This document shows, piece after piece, positions 27,505 to 35,957 of a DNA stretch of 64,000 nt. The notes beneath the pieces were generated by a model. It had not been told where the DNA came from, searched no databases, and saw only the letters and a list, made by a program, of their open reading frames with translations. Every line of letters begins with the position of its first letter. Positions within the stretch are counted from its first letter, which is position 1. Source of the stretch: a virus; IMG/VR virus record IMGVR_UViG_3300033145_000529, positions 1 through 64,000 of that record, one strand, 5' to 3'. Made by a program: the position numbers and the translations under genes.

Positions 27505-27577
27505 GCTGGACGTAGAGCCGAACGTAGAGCTGTAGAGCTGTAGAGCTGGATGTAGAGCTGGATGTAGAGCTGGACGT
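27505..27577. repeat. tandem repeat, 6 x GTAGAGC at 8/12-bp period
   Basis: Copies at 27512, 27524, 27532, 27540, 27552, 27564. Confidence 0.9.
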
Positions 27578-27854
27578 CTAGTTCTACGTAGGCTTGTATA
27601 GTAGCGTTGTCCAACGGTGGAAGAAAGTTTTACAAAACGCCATTCTAACCGTTCTGTTCAGCTTCACGGCAAGCATAGTCAAGTAAAATATGCCACATAC
27701 GCTCTGTTCACTATTATGGCGTTTTTGCCATACATAAATAATGGCATAATCGCCCACACACCTTTAAGTCCCGCAGTCGCAATAATGAAGGCTATTTTGC
27801 CATATGCTTCGAAGGCGTTTTTGCCATATGTTAAGCTTGGCTAAAAGAAAACAC

Positions 27855-27883
27855 TTGACAAATTTTTGGCATTATGTTATGAT
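27855..27883 (+). promoter_or_regulatory. sigma70-type promoter
   Basis: TTGACA-17-TATGAT with TG extension. Confidence 0.75.
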
Positions 27884-27892
27884 CTCAATAGA

Positions 27893-28213
27893 ATGAATAA
27901 GGTAAATAACAACAACACTCCGAGTGAAGTCTATATACTCCACTTTGATAAGCCTTACTGGAATAGGGCTCGTCATTATGTAGGATATACCACCATAGGG
28001 GCTGATAATAGAATTAAGAAGCACCGAAATGGTACTGGCTCACTTCTTGTCAATTACGCTCATAATAAGAAGGGCATAGAATTTCAAACAGGGCTTATTG
28101 AACAATTTGCTACTAGACCATTAGCACGATGGCGTGAAAGACAGCTAAAACGGGAGGGGCATCTCAGTCGTCATTGTGAGATATGTCAGAGAAGGCGAAA
28201 GGATAATGGCTAA
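27893..28213 (+). CDS. GIY-YIG-like nuclease
   Basis: VYILHF...HYVGYT...RIKKH...E..LK. Confidence 0.7.
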   Translation: MNKVNNNNTPSEVYILHFDKPYWNRARHYVGYTTIGADNRIKKHRNGTGSLLVNYAHNKKGIEFQTGLIEQFATRPLARWRERQLKREGHLSRHCEICQRRRKDNG

Positions 28214-28750
28214 ACAAACACGCTTCACTAAATCAAGAGCGTTTCTACGGCAATGTAGGGTCGCTAATCGTAAAAGAATTAAAGCCTTAATTAACTAAAG
28301 AAAGGAGACTGATGGAATTTGTGTATGAGATGAGCCAAGACAAAGTGACCAAAGGGGCTATTAGGTATGCTGATAATGCGGGGCACAGCATCTACCTCCG
28401 TAAAGAGGAAGCGGCTAAGCTTGGTAATCCTCAATCGGTTGAAGTTACAATAGCACCGAAGTAAGCCATAAGGGAGACTTGCTATCGGTGACTGTAATCT
28501 AATGAAAGGAGTTGGCTATGAATAATGTGGATGGAGCTTGTGCTTGCTGTGGCAACAGTACCCCATATACGGGAAGGCTTCCTATTATCTGTCCAACATG
28601 TCGTGAGGCACGGAAGCAGATGGTAACTGGTGGCAATATGGCACACTTGGTTTCTGGTGGTAATTTCAATATACGGCTTCTACTTCCAGATAGTGAGTTG
28701 ATGCCGAAGCCAAAAACGGCAGCAGATTTTCGGTAAGTAGCCGAAACAAG

Positions 28751-28781
28751 GGGTGAAGTGTTAAGATGGCATTTCACCCCT
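28751..28781 (+). terminator. hairpin, putative terminator
   Basis: GGGTGAAGTGTT/GGCATTTCACCC stem after ORF 28512..28736. Confidence 0.45.
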
Positions 28782-28967
28782 GTTCTAGTCTTGGCATTTT
28801 TGCCACCATAGAAAACCACATATTTTTAATTTTGGCAACGTCACGGCAATTTGGGCATTTTTGCCGTGTGTAAAATAATGGCATTTTTGCCATTTATTTT
28901 AGGGCTTGGCTTTTATTTATAGTTTGTGTTAGAAGAGCATTTAATGGAAGTATGCCCACGAAATAAC

Positions 28968-28996
28968 TTGACAAACCACTTGGCATGTGCTAAGAT
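28968..28996 (+). promoter_or_regulatory. sigma70-type promoter
   Basis: TTGACA-17-TAAGAT, GGCATGTG spacer. Confidence 0.75.
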
Positions 28997-29036
28997 CAAG
29001 ACAGTGGAATAATAATAGAGAAAGGACAGATGAGCC

Positions 29037-29258
29037 ATGAGTAAACGGAAAGACCGAGAACGGGCAAAGTCTGGTAGTGTTTGGAGAGATGGTGGACTAG
29101 TCTCCAAAGAAGAGTATTACGCTAGCCACCCGACTCGTGAGATGCGGGCGGAACAGGAAGCTAAGGAAAAAGCTGAAATTTGGGCATCACGTAAACCTGT
29201 ACCTGATGAACTTGACCCAAAGGACACTGATGCTGTTATGGCTGAACGTAATCGCTAA
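29037..29258 (+). CDS. hypothetical protein
   Basis: Downstream of promoter and AAGGA RBS. Confidence 0.6.
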   Translation: MSKRKDRERAKSGSVWRDGGLVSKEEYYASHPTREMRAEQEAKEKAEIWASRKPVPDELDPKDTDAVMAERNR

Positions 29259-29390
29259 CTGCACAGTCTGTCATAAGCATCATATCAGGACATCAAAGGT
29301 TGGCAGAGAACACACTAATTTTTACTTAGAGGAGGCATAATATAATAAGGTAACGCTCCGCTTTCTCTGTGCCTTGTTCAGGTTAGTGGC

Positions 29391-29444
29391 TGCTGTTCAG
29401 CCTTGTGGCAAATGGCAAAGTTTTGCTGTTCAGCCTTGTGGCAA
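29391..29444. repeat. 21-bp direct repeat TGCTGTTCAGCCTTGTGGCAA x2
   Basis: Copies at 29391-29411 and 29424-29444. Confidence 0.85.
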
Positions 29445-29551
29445 TTTTGCCACTTTACATAACTAGCTTTATTACCAGTGGACGTTTGCAAGGGTATAGT
29501 ATAGGACTAAAGTATTTTATTAAAATAATGTAAAATAAACGCTACCAGACG

Positions 29552-29580
29552 TTGACAAAGCTGAAATAATCCTTTAAGAT
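29552..29580 (+). promoter_or_regulatory. sigma70-type promoter
   Basis: TTGACA-17-TAAGAT. Confidence 0.6.
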
Positions 29581-29770
29581 CTAGGTAGATGATAAAAGAA
29601 TAAGCTACAGTGTAAAGCATAAAGAAGCACTACAAAGCTATTAGCGGAAACGCTAAATTCAGTTTGCTATACTGATATTAAGCTAGTAAATCACTACTAG
29701 GTGAAAGCAATACAATGTAATAGGATAATACCGCTATAAGCGGTATAAAATAAAATTGTGAGGTTATACA

Positions 29771-30385
29771 GTGGTAGACAATAACACTAAAACTGGTATA
29801 TCACCTAGTACGCTAGGACGTGAGCGTAAACGCTATAGTGAGATGTCCGAACTTGATGGTGTGACCAAAAAGCAAGTAGACGCTCAAATGCGACTTGACG
29901 CTAAACGCTACGCTAAAAAACTAAATAAGGATATTAGTTTTGAGGACTATAAAACTGATATTGAGACACTACCACAGCGAAGCGGTACTGGTAAGCGTGA
30001 GGCGGACAAGGTAACAAGGGATGCATTGATTGTGGAAACTCAAGAAGTTAATGCGGTCAATAACCTAGCTATCCTATCACACAGGGGCGAGGTTGAACTG
30101 GTTGACGCTCAAAAGGTTGAAGCGTTTGACGCTATGGGAGAAAAAGCTGATGTTTTAGCATCCCACTTGCATACAGCTTTTGATGGTGTGAAAGCGTTAA
30201 CTATGATACACGCTCCAGATAACCTATTGTGTGTCCATATAGCAGGATGGGAAGACGGAAGTAAAAATCTACGCTTCCAATATGCACCCCGTAAAATACC
30301 TATCACTAAACGCTCAGGGTATAGGGATGATAGCTTTAATGCACCTATCTATCAATTACCGATTGCTACAAAGGATAAAAAGTGA
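29771..30385 (+). CDS. hypothetical protein
   Basis: 204 aa, GAGG RBS. Confidence 0.65.
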   Translation: MVDNNTKTGISPSTLGRERKRYSEMSELDGVTKKQVDAQMRLDAKRYAKKLNKDISFEDYKTDIETLPQRSGTGKREADKVTRDALIVETQEVNAVNNLAILSHRGEVELVDAQKVEAFDAMGEKADVLASHLHTAFDGVKALTMIHAPDNLLCVHIAGWEDGSKNLRFQYAPRKIPITKRSGYRDDSFNAPIYQLPIATKDKK

Positions 30386-30974
30386 TAATAGCATTGTGGG
30401 TAATACTAGGAGTGCTTAGTGGTGCAGTTATTAAGTTATTCTGTATCCTATACAATCGGTAGACTACACTGATAGTCTGCTAGTCTTAACAGTATAAAAT
30501 AAGACTAGCACCATTAAATCAAGTGAGGTAATATAATGTTACTAACAGCTATTGAGTATACTGCACTATTGTGTGATTTATTGCTTGGTAAAAATACTTA
30601 TTACCTTAATGAGAAGGTATTATACCAAAACGCAAACTTAAAAGAACTATACGAAGAGAGGGTAAATTGATATGATAGATATAGCACTAACAGGATTATT
30701 CCTGTCATCATTGGCAGGGATTATTGCGGCTGGTATATGTATCAGCATTTTAGTTATTCTACATAGTCAAACAAGGTAAGCAGGCAGGGGTTGACACAGC
30801 GTTAACCCCTACCCCCCCCCCTACTTTACATAAAAACACGCCCTTTCAGCATACTTCGCTAGAGTGTGTTGGATCTATTAGATTGGGCAAAATTTCAAAT
30901 TTGCCTGTTCAAAAATGTCGGGTTTATCTTTCATAACATTGTGCTAATTTCATTGAATTTGACCATGAAAAGGC

Positions 30975-31003
30975 TTGACAACTCCGTGTTCATGTGATAT
31001 AAT
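30975..31003 (+). promoter_or_regulatory. sigma70-type promoter
   Basis: TTGACA-17-TATAAT with TG extension. Confidence 0.85.
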
Positions 31004-31021
31004 ATATATAGAGGTAGTTGA

Positions 31022-31210
31022 ATGATTAGGTTAGAGAAACCTCTAAGATTTATATGTGACAAGATTTGTGATAATTGCTTGATTCGGTTCAAGTGTTGGA
31101 CTCAACGTGGAACTAAACAGCTTTCTGTCGAAGAATTCCATAAGATTGCTGAGAAGAGTAAGTGTAATGGTTGCGTGGGGTCTGAGTTTTATCTAGGATG
31201 TGCAAATTGA
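31022..31210 (+). CDS. small protein with CX2CX5C motif
   Basis: CDNCLIRFKCWT; GAGG RBS. Confidence 0.7.
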   Translation: MIRLEKPLRFICDKICDNCLIRFKCWTQRGTKQLSVEEFHKIAEKSKCNGCVGSEFYLGCAN

Positions 31211-31608
31211 AAACTATTTATAGTACTGGAGCATTTGGAGAACCATATCGTATTGAAGTAAGTGATGCCTTATTAATGGAGGTTATAACTGCTCAACGTC
31301 AGCTTAAAATGTTACCTTGGAACGGTGAGATGTTCTTGCCTGTTCCTATTATTCCTCTAAGCATAGATAAAGAGCTTAATGCTGAGATTGTGGTAGGTAA
31401 GACTTCGGTTTCTATTTGTATCGAAGGTCCAGTGGGAAGAGAAATTATGTTAGACGGAATTGATGATTTACTAACTGTCCCAGATATTTACGTGAGTAAA
31501 GACTTTGAACTCACTCTTTCTGAGCACATGTTCAGCTTAACACCACGTGACGTAGATATGATAGCTACTTGGAAGGGTCTTAAACAGAAAAAATTGGAAG
31601 ACATGTAA
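31198..31608 (+). CDS. hypothetical protein
   Basis: 136 aa ORF. Confidence 0.6.
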   Translation: MCKLKTIYSTGAFGEPYRIEVSDALLMEVITAQRQLKMLPWNGEMFLPVPIIPLSIDKELNAEIVVGKTSVSICIEGPVGREIMLDGIDDLLTVPDIYVSKDFELTLSEHMFSLTPRDVDMIATWKGLKQKKLEDM

Positions 31609-31657
31609 AATATTTCGATTTCGTGCGTAGTTTAAACGGTCTAATAAGCATAAATCA

Positions 31658-31675
31658 TTAGTGATCGATCAGGGA
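31658..31675. promoter_or_regulatory. 18-bp motif TTAGTGATCGATCAGGGA, copy 1
   Basis: Identical at 55615..55632; palindromic core TGATCGATCA. Confidence 0.6.
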
Positions 31676-31688
31676 GTAAGTTTGCAAA

Positions 31689-32025
31689 ATGGACTTTTAT
31701 AAATTTCAAGGATACTTTTAAAGAGTATCAACAACGTTTCGGGCTTACTAGATATAAAGTGTATTTTAAGTTTGAACCCTTAGAGAACTCTTTTGCTGAC
31801 CTTACTGTTAACCAAAATGATATGGTAGCAACGGTTACACTAAATAGTCAGTTATCTGAGAAAAGTGAACCTTTTAAAGATGTCAAGAGAAGTGCTAAAC
31901 ATGAAGCTCTACATCTTTTATTGTCAAGACTAGAACACAGGGTACATTCCAAGTATGTAGCAAATGAAGAGATATATGAATCTGTTGAGGAGCTAGTATT
32001 TAAGCTTGAGGAACTAATAATGTAA
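31689..32025 (+). pseudogene. HEXXH zincin-like protein with a 1-nt frameshift
   Basis: MDFYKFQGYF then stop; removing one T from 31716-31719 joins it to ...KHEALHLLL. Confidence 0.55.
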
Positions 32026-32027
32026 TT

Positions 32028-32379
32028 GGGGGTGCGTGGTTTCGACAGGGTAATTACGCTATATATAAGCAGGTAGTCTTTGGTGAAAAGACTTAAACAG
32101 CACCGAAAAAATAACTGACGAAGTTAAATTATTTGTAGTCCTCGAAGAAGGATTACTCTTTCTCGATGAGAGCGTTGAGTCTCCCGTGAAAGACCGTTTC
32201 TCAACAGAACCAGTTGAAGCTCTAGCAACTGTCTAAGAAATTAGAAAGAATTTAGAGTTACGTTCCCTCCACCCTTCTCGGTTCAGTTCAGGAGAACGTA
32301 AGCTTAGGAACTGAGTAAACCTGTAGAAAGTATTTAGTAGGTTATTTTGGACAGGGAGTTCGACCCTCCCTCACCTCCA
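32028..32379 (+). ncRNA. ssrA: tmRNA
   Basis: 5' GGGGGTG..GGTTTCGAC; 3' GGAC-AGGGAG-TTCGACC-CTCCCT-CACCTCC-A; G3-U alanine pair; AAATAACT resume context before a tag ORF at 32117-32236. Confidence 0.92.
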
Positions 32380-32451
32380 CAGTCAGTAGATGACAATAGA
32401 AAATTCTGTCGTTCACCTACAAATATTGACATGATGACGACTATATATATT

Positions 32452-32688
32452 ATGAAAAAATCAAGACAAATAATAATACAAGATGATTGTGAAGAACAGC
32501 ATGAGTCGTTCTGGTGTGACGCTACCAATTGCGATAACTGTATGCTGAGGTTTCAGTGCTTTACCTCTCGTTCTGAAACAATTATAGTAACTTTTCCACT
32601 AGAAGTTATAGATGACAAAATAAAAGAAGTTCACGCACAAAAATGGAGGTTAAGGGATGGGAGCTCTAGACCTAGAGCGAACCGATAA
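32452..32688 (+). CDS. small protein with CX2CX5C motif
   Basis: CDNCMLRFQCFT; start moved out of the tmRNA. Confidence 0.65.
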   Translation: MKKSRQIIIQDDCEEQHESFWCDATNCDNCMLRFQCFTSRSETIIVTFPLEVIDDKIKEVHAQKWRLRDGSSRPRANR

Positions 32689-32958
32689 GGTAGTTACTTT
32701 TCCACTGATGCTGGTTAGCCAGCGAGAAGGTGGGTGAAATATATGGACGGACCTAATTGGACCAACGATGGAGCTGAAGCAGAGATATATTAATGCACCA
32801 ATCTGTCCTGAATGCCAAAGAGTTATGGTATATTTATACACTGATAAAGAGATGGAAGTCATCTTTGAAGAAGATGACGAAGGTGACCCCTAGTAAACAA
32901 CTAATGATATTCGCAATCACCTTAGATTGCGAGTATATTGTTATGCCTGGAGATAACT

Positions 32959-33543
32959 ATGGAAATAGAGGAATTAGAGAAGATTATCTCAGGTTACAGG
33001 ATAAGCAAACCGAAATTTCGGGGAGAGGAAGTAGAGAACAAGTCTCTACCGTTTATGCTCTCCACATTTAGAGAGTTGATAAAAGATGAAATACCACCAA
33101 CACAAGAAATTTTTCTTAATACTTTCAAAACTAAATATCCTGACCTGAAGTTAAGAGGACTTGTATCAAGACTGAAGAGAGCTTATTTATCGTATGTTCG
33201 GGAGTACCATCTTGGGTATCTATTAAAAAAGCACTTTAAGAGAGTTATATATGATGAGAAATTAGATATTGGCGGTGTGGATTATGTAGTCTACTATCGT
33301 GGAATCAAGTTCAATATTCATGCCTATGTCAATACTGAGAATGGTAAGTATTGGAGAGAAGTCAAAAATGGAAGACACAAGTTTCGTGGTGAACACTTGG
33401 ATATTCCTATGGACTTAGATAAAGGAAAGCGTTGCGGCAAGATTATTCTTTATACCAATGACAATGTAAATAAATTAAAAATAGAGATGAGAAAGATTGC
33501 TGACAAAAGATATACTAAAAAGACGGAAAATAATGGTCTGTGA
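32959..33543 (+). CDS. putative PD-(D/E)XK nuclease, TaqI-like restriction endonuclease family
   Basis: GL.SRL.RAY.S.VRE.H and LD..GVD pattern recalled from TaqI-like proteins; not searched. Confidence 0.45.
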   Translation: MEIEELEKIISGYRISKPKFRGEEVENKSLPFMLSTFRELIKDEIPPTQEIFLNTFKTKYPDLKLRGLVSRLKRAYLSYVREYHLGYLLKKHFKRVIYDEKLDIGGVDYVVYYRGIKFNIHAYVNTENGKYWREVKNGRHKFRGEHLDIPMDLDKGKRCGKIILYTNDNVNKLKIEMRKIADKRYTKKTENNGL

Positions 33544-33599
33544 CATTTTCCGCAAAAATTGGCACTATGTTGATGCTAACTTTTTTTGCTTGGCAAAGT

Positions 33600-33657
33600 G
33601 ATCTTAATAAGGACGTTAGATCAGATCTTAACATTATATATTAGATCTTTGATCTAA
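33600..33657. other. cluster of five GATC sites with a palindrome
   Basis: GATC at 33600, 33619, 33624, 33644, 33651; TTAGATC-TTT-GATCTAA. Confidence 0.75.
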
Positions 33658-33672
33658 GGAAATTATGAAAAA

Positions 33673-33849
33673 ATGTACGAAATGTGGCAGGATATGAAAC
33701 AACGTATTTTTAACACCAAATGTAATAACTACCCCAACTACGGGGTCGTGGCATTATTGTTTGTGATTCGTGATAATGATGGTAACTACGAGCCAAACAA
33801 TTGTCAGTGGTTAACTAAGTCAGAACATGGTAGGAAGAGCAATGGGTGA
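33673..33849 (+). pseudogene. degenerate HNH homing endonuclease
   Basis: MYEMWQDMKQR..N....YPNYG / RGIIVCD / DNDGNYEPNNCQWLT across frameshifts and an internal deletion. Confidence 0.7.
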
Positions 33850-34063
33850 GGAAACCAATAAAAAAAGCATAATTAAAGCGTTGAGAAAGAATCGCAGGGA
33901 ACTTACCACTATTATTGATGGATTTAAAGCGTTGGATGAGACTGATGATGAGCGGTTGAACCGAGTACTCGCTCAAGGGATAGTATTAACCCTGTTTGAG
34001 TTTATTGACACTTTAGTAATAAATGAAATTGATATTCATAATTTTATAAAGAGGAGAGGATAA
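33827..34063 (+). CDS. hypothetical protein
   Basis: Co-oriented ORF. Confidence 0.55.
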   Translation: MVGRAMGEETNKKSIIKALRKNRRELTTIIDGFKALDETDDERLNRVLAQGIVLTLFEFIDTLVINEIDIHNFIKRRG

Positions 34064-34332
34064 TGGATTGTTTTTTGGAAAAACATTTAAAAGAAGAACA
34101 CGCAGCTATGAAAAACCCCAAATTGGGTGGTATTGTAATGACATGTCCTGTTTTGGGGTGCCAGATTTGTATGTGGTGTTGTTTACACATTCGTGACGTG
34201 GCGAATCCGCTTAGTAGAAATTATGCTACTGACCATCATCCAAATTATGCTATAAAAGTACCAGAACTTTCTGAAAGAAACCTTGATAGTATTTGGGAAA
34301 CTTGTGCTCGTTGCCATAATGTAACGACTTGA
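34063..34332 (+). CDS. Cys-rich hypothetical protein
   Basis: RBS; CPVLGCQICMWCC and CARC. Confidence 0.6.
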   Translation: MDCFLEKHLKEEHAAMKNPKLGGIVMTCPVLGCQICMWCCLHIRDVANPLSRNYATDHHPNYAIKVPELSERNLDSIWETCARCHNVTT

Positions 34333-34357
34333 CAACTAAAGGTTTGTATGGTATAAT
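34329..34357 (+). promoter_or_regulatory. sigma70-type promoter
   Basis: TTGACA-17-TATAAT with TG extension. Confidence 0.7.
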
Positions 34358-34545
34358 GGAAGTAGATAAGTTAAAGAAGGATGTAGATAAGTTACGTGAC
34401 AGGGTTGCTGAATTAATAGCACCTGGGTTTTCATACTACCAGCAAGAATTGATTAGGCGCATAATTAAGTCTGTTCTTCCTCAGATGAAAAATAAGTGTG
34501 ATATTAGTATTGCTAAAGAAATTTTGAGCATAACGGAGTGGTTAG

Positions 34546-35187
34546 ATGAAAAAATCACAGCATGAGGTATGCGGTGGAATAACAATTGATGCTGAGTTTG
34601 AAAGGAGAACGCTTCGAGCTAATAGGGTGTTGGTCTTAACGGGTGACCTAGAAAGTGGTAGTGCTCGTGAATTTATAGAGGATATCAAGATGCTGTTGCT
34701 GGAGGATTCTACTGACCCAATTACTATAACTATCTCTTCACCTGGTGGAAATGTTTTTTGTGGGATTGCTGTTATAAGAGCAATCAGGTCGGTTCAGAGT
34801 AGAGGAATAAAGGTTTTTGGTGATGTTCATGGGCAGGCAATGTCAATGGCATTCTTCATTTTACAGTGTTGTGATGAGAGGAGGATGGGCAGTTTTTGTA
34901 CATTGATGGCTCATGGTATTACCACTGGCTTTATTGGTGATATGAGGAATGTTGAAGCGGAGCAAAAATTGCTTACCTTTTGGCAGAGGGAGATAGCTCA
35001 ATTAATTGCTAATCGCTGTACTGCTGAGGGAACTGAGTATGCGGAAATCGGATATTGGTTTGCCATTTTAAAAGATAATACTCCGCAATTTTATGATAGT
35101 CAGGAATCTAAGGAAATGGGGTTAATTGATACGGTCTATGACGATAATAAAAATCAAAAAAATACACCCAAAAGCGATAGTTCCTAA
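34546..35187 (+). CDS. clpP: ClpP-like serine protease
   Basis: ISSPGG, GQAMSMA (catalytic Ser), LMAH (His), E..EMGLID. Confidence 0.8.
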   Translation: MKKSQHEVCGGITIDAEFERRTLRANRVLVLTGDLESGSAREFIEDIKMLLLEDSTDPITITISSPGGNVFCGIAVIRAIRSVQSRGIKVFGDVHGQAMSMAFFILQCCDERRMGSFCTLMAHGITTGFIGDMRNVEAEQKLLTFWQREIAQLIANRCTAEGTEYAEIGYWFAILKDNTPQFYDSQESKEMGLIDTVYDDNKNQKNTPKSDSS

Positions 35188-35569
35188 AATTGCTACTAAA
35201 GGTTCAGCTTGCTTTGATTTTTGTGCTTGCGAGAATTTTGTTCTAGGCAATGGTCATTTTTATAAAGCTAGAACTGGTATCATCTTTGAAGTACCTAAAG
35301 GGTGGCACATTAAAGTATATAATAGAAGTGGCATGGCTGCTAGGGGTATTATAATTCCTAATGCACCTGGGATTATAGATTCTGATTACAGGGGGGAAGT
35401 TATTGTTCTGCTTTATGGTTTATTTATGAAGAAACAAGAAATCTTCCAAATTGGTAGTAGGATAGCACAGGGTGAATTGATGAGGGGAGTACCCATTGGG
35501 TTTAGAGTAGTTTCTAAATTATCGGACACTGAACGTGGTTCAGGAGGTTTTGGTTCGACTGGCAAGTAA
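35138..35569 (+). CDS. dut: trimeric dUTPase
   Basis: GSACFD, RSG, PGIIDSDYRGE, RIAQ, RGSGGFGSTG. Confidence 0.93.
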   Translation: MTIIKIKKIHPKAIVPKIATKGSACFDFCACENFVLGNGHFYKARTGIIFEVPKGWHIKVYNRSGMAARGIIIPNAPGIIDSDYRGEVIVLLYGLFMKKQEIFQIGSRIAQGELMRGVPIGFRVVSKLSDTERGSGGFGSTGK

Positions 35570-35579
35570 AGGAGAGGAA

Positions 35580-35951
35580 ACGAAGGAATATGAAGTCTAT
35601 TTAGCTGGTAGGATAGCTAATCTTAGTTACGATGAAGCTATGCTGCTCGTGATGAGATGATTAAAAACTAAACGCAGTCGGCATTAAGTGTCGGACTCCA
35701 ATGCGGGCAAAGAAAACCTTAAAAATATACAAAAAATTACTGCTGATGCTTTCAAAGATGGTCTTACTATAAATGAAGTAATTCAAAGAGACTTGAGCGA
35801 TATAGAGAAAGTTAATGTTGTGTTGATTCTAACTAGAGATACTCCTAGTTGGGGCACAACTAGAATAGTACCTGACTTTGACTCGGCTGTTCAGGTATTG
35901 TTGCATTGGAAGAAATACTGGAACGGCGAGGGAGTACATGATACGAGGTAG
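35580..35951 (+). pseudogene. degenerate nucleoside 2-deoxyribosyltransferase-like gene
   Basis: ACG start; VYLAGRI..LSYDEA, GIKCRTPMR, IQRDLSDI, PSWGT spread over several frames. Confidence 0.6.
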
Positions 35952-35957
35952 AAAATA

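Noticed and set aside
27505-27577. Possible CRISPR array
   Set aside because: Units are 7-12 bp with no unique spacers, and no cas genes are present.
32347-32451. N-terminal part of ORF 32347..32688
   Set aside because: It overlaps the tmRNA 3' end; ATG 32452 is the plausible start.
35545-35569. GGTTCGACT resembling a tRNA T-loop
   Set aside because: It encodes the dUTPase GFGSTG motif; no cloverleaf. No canonical tRNA was seen in the window.
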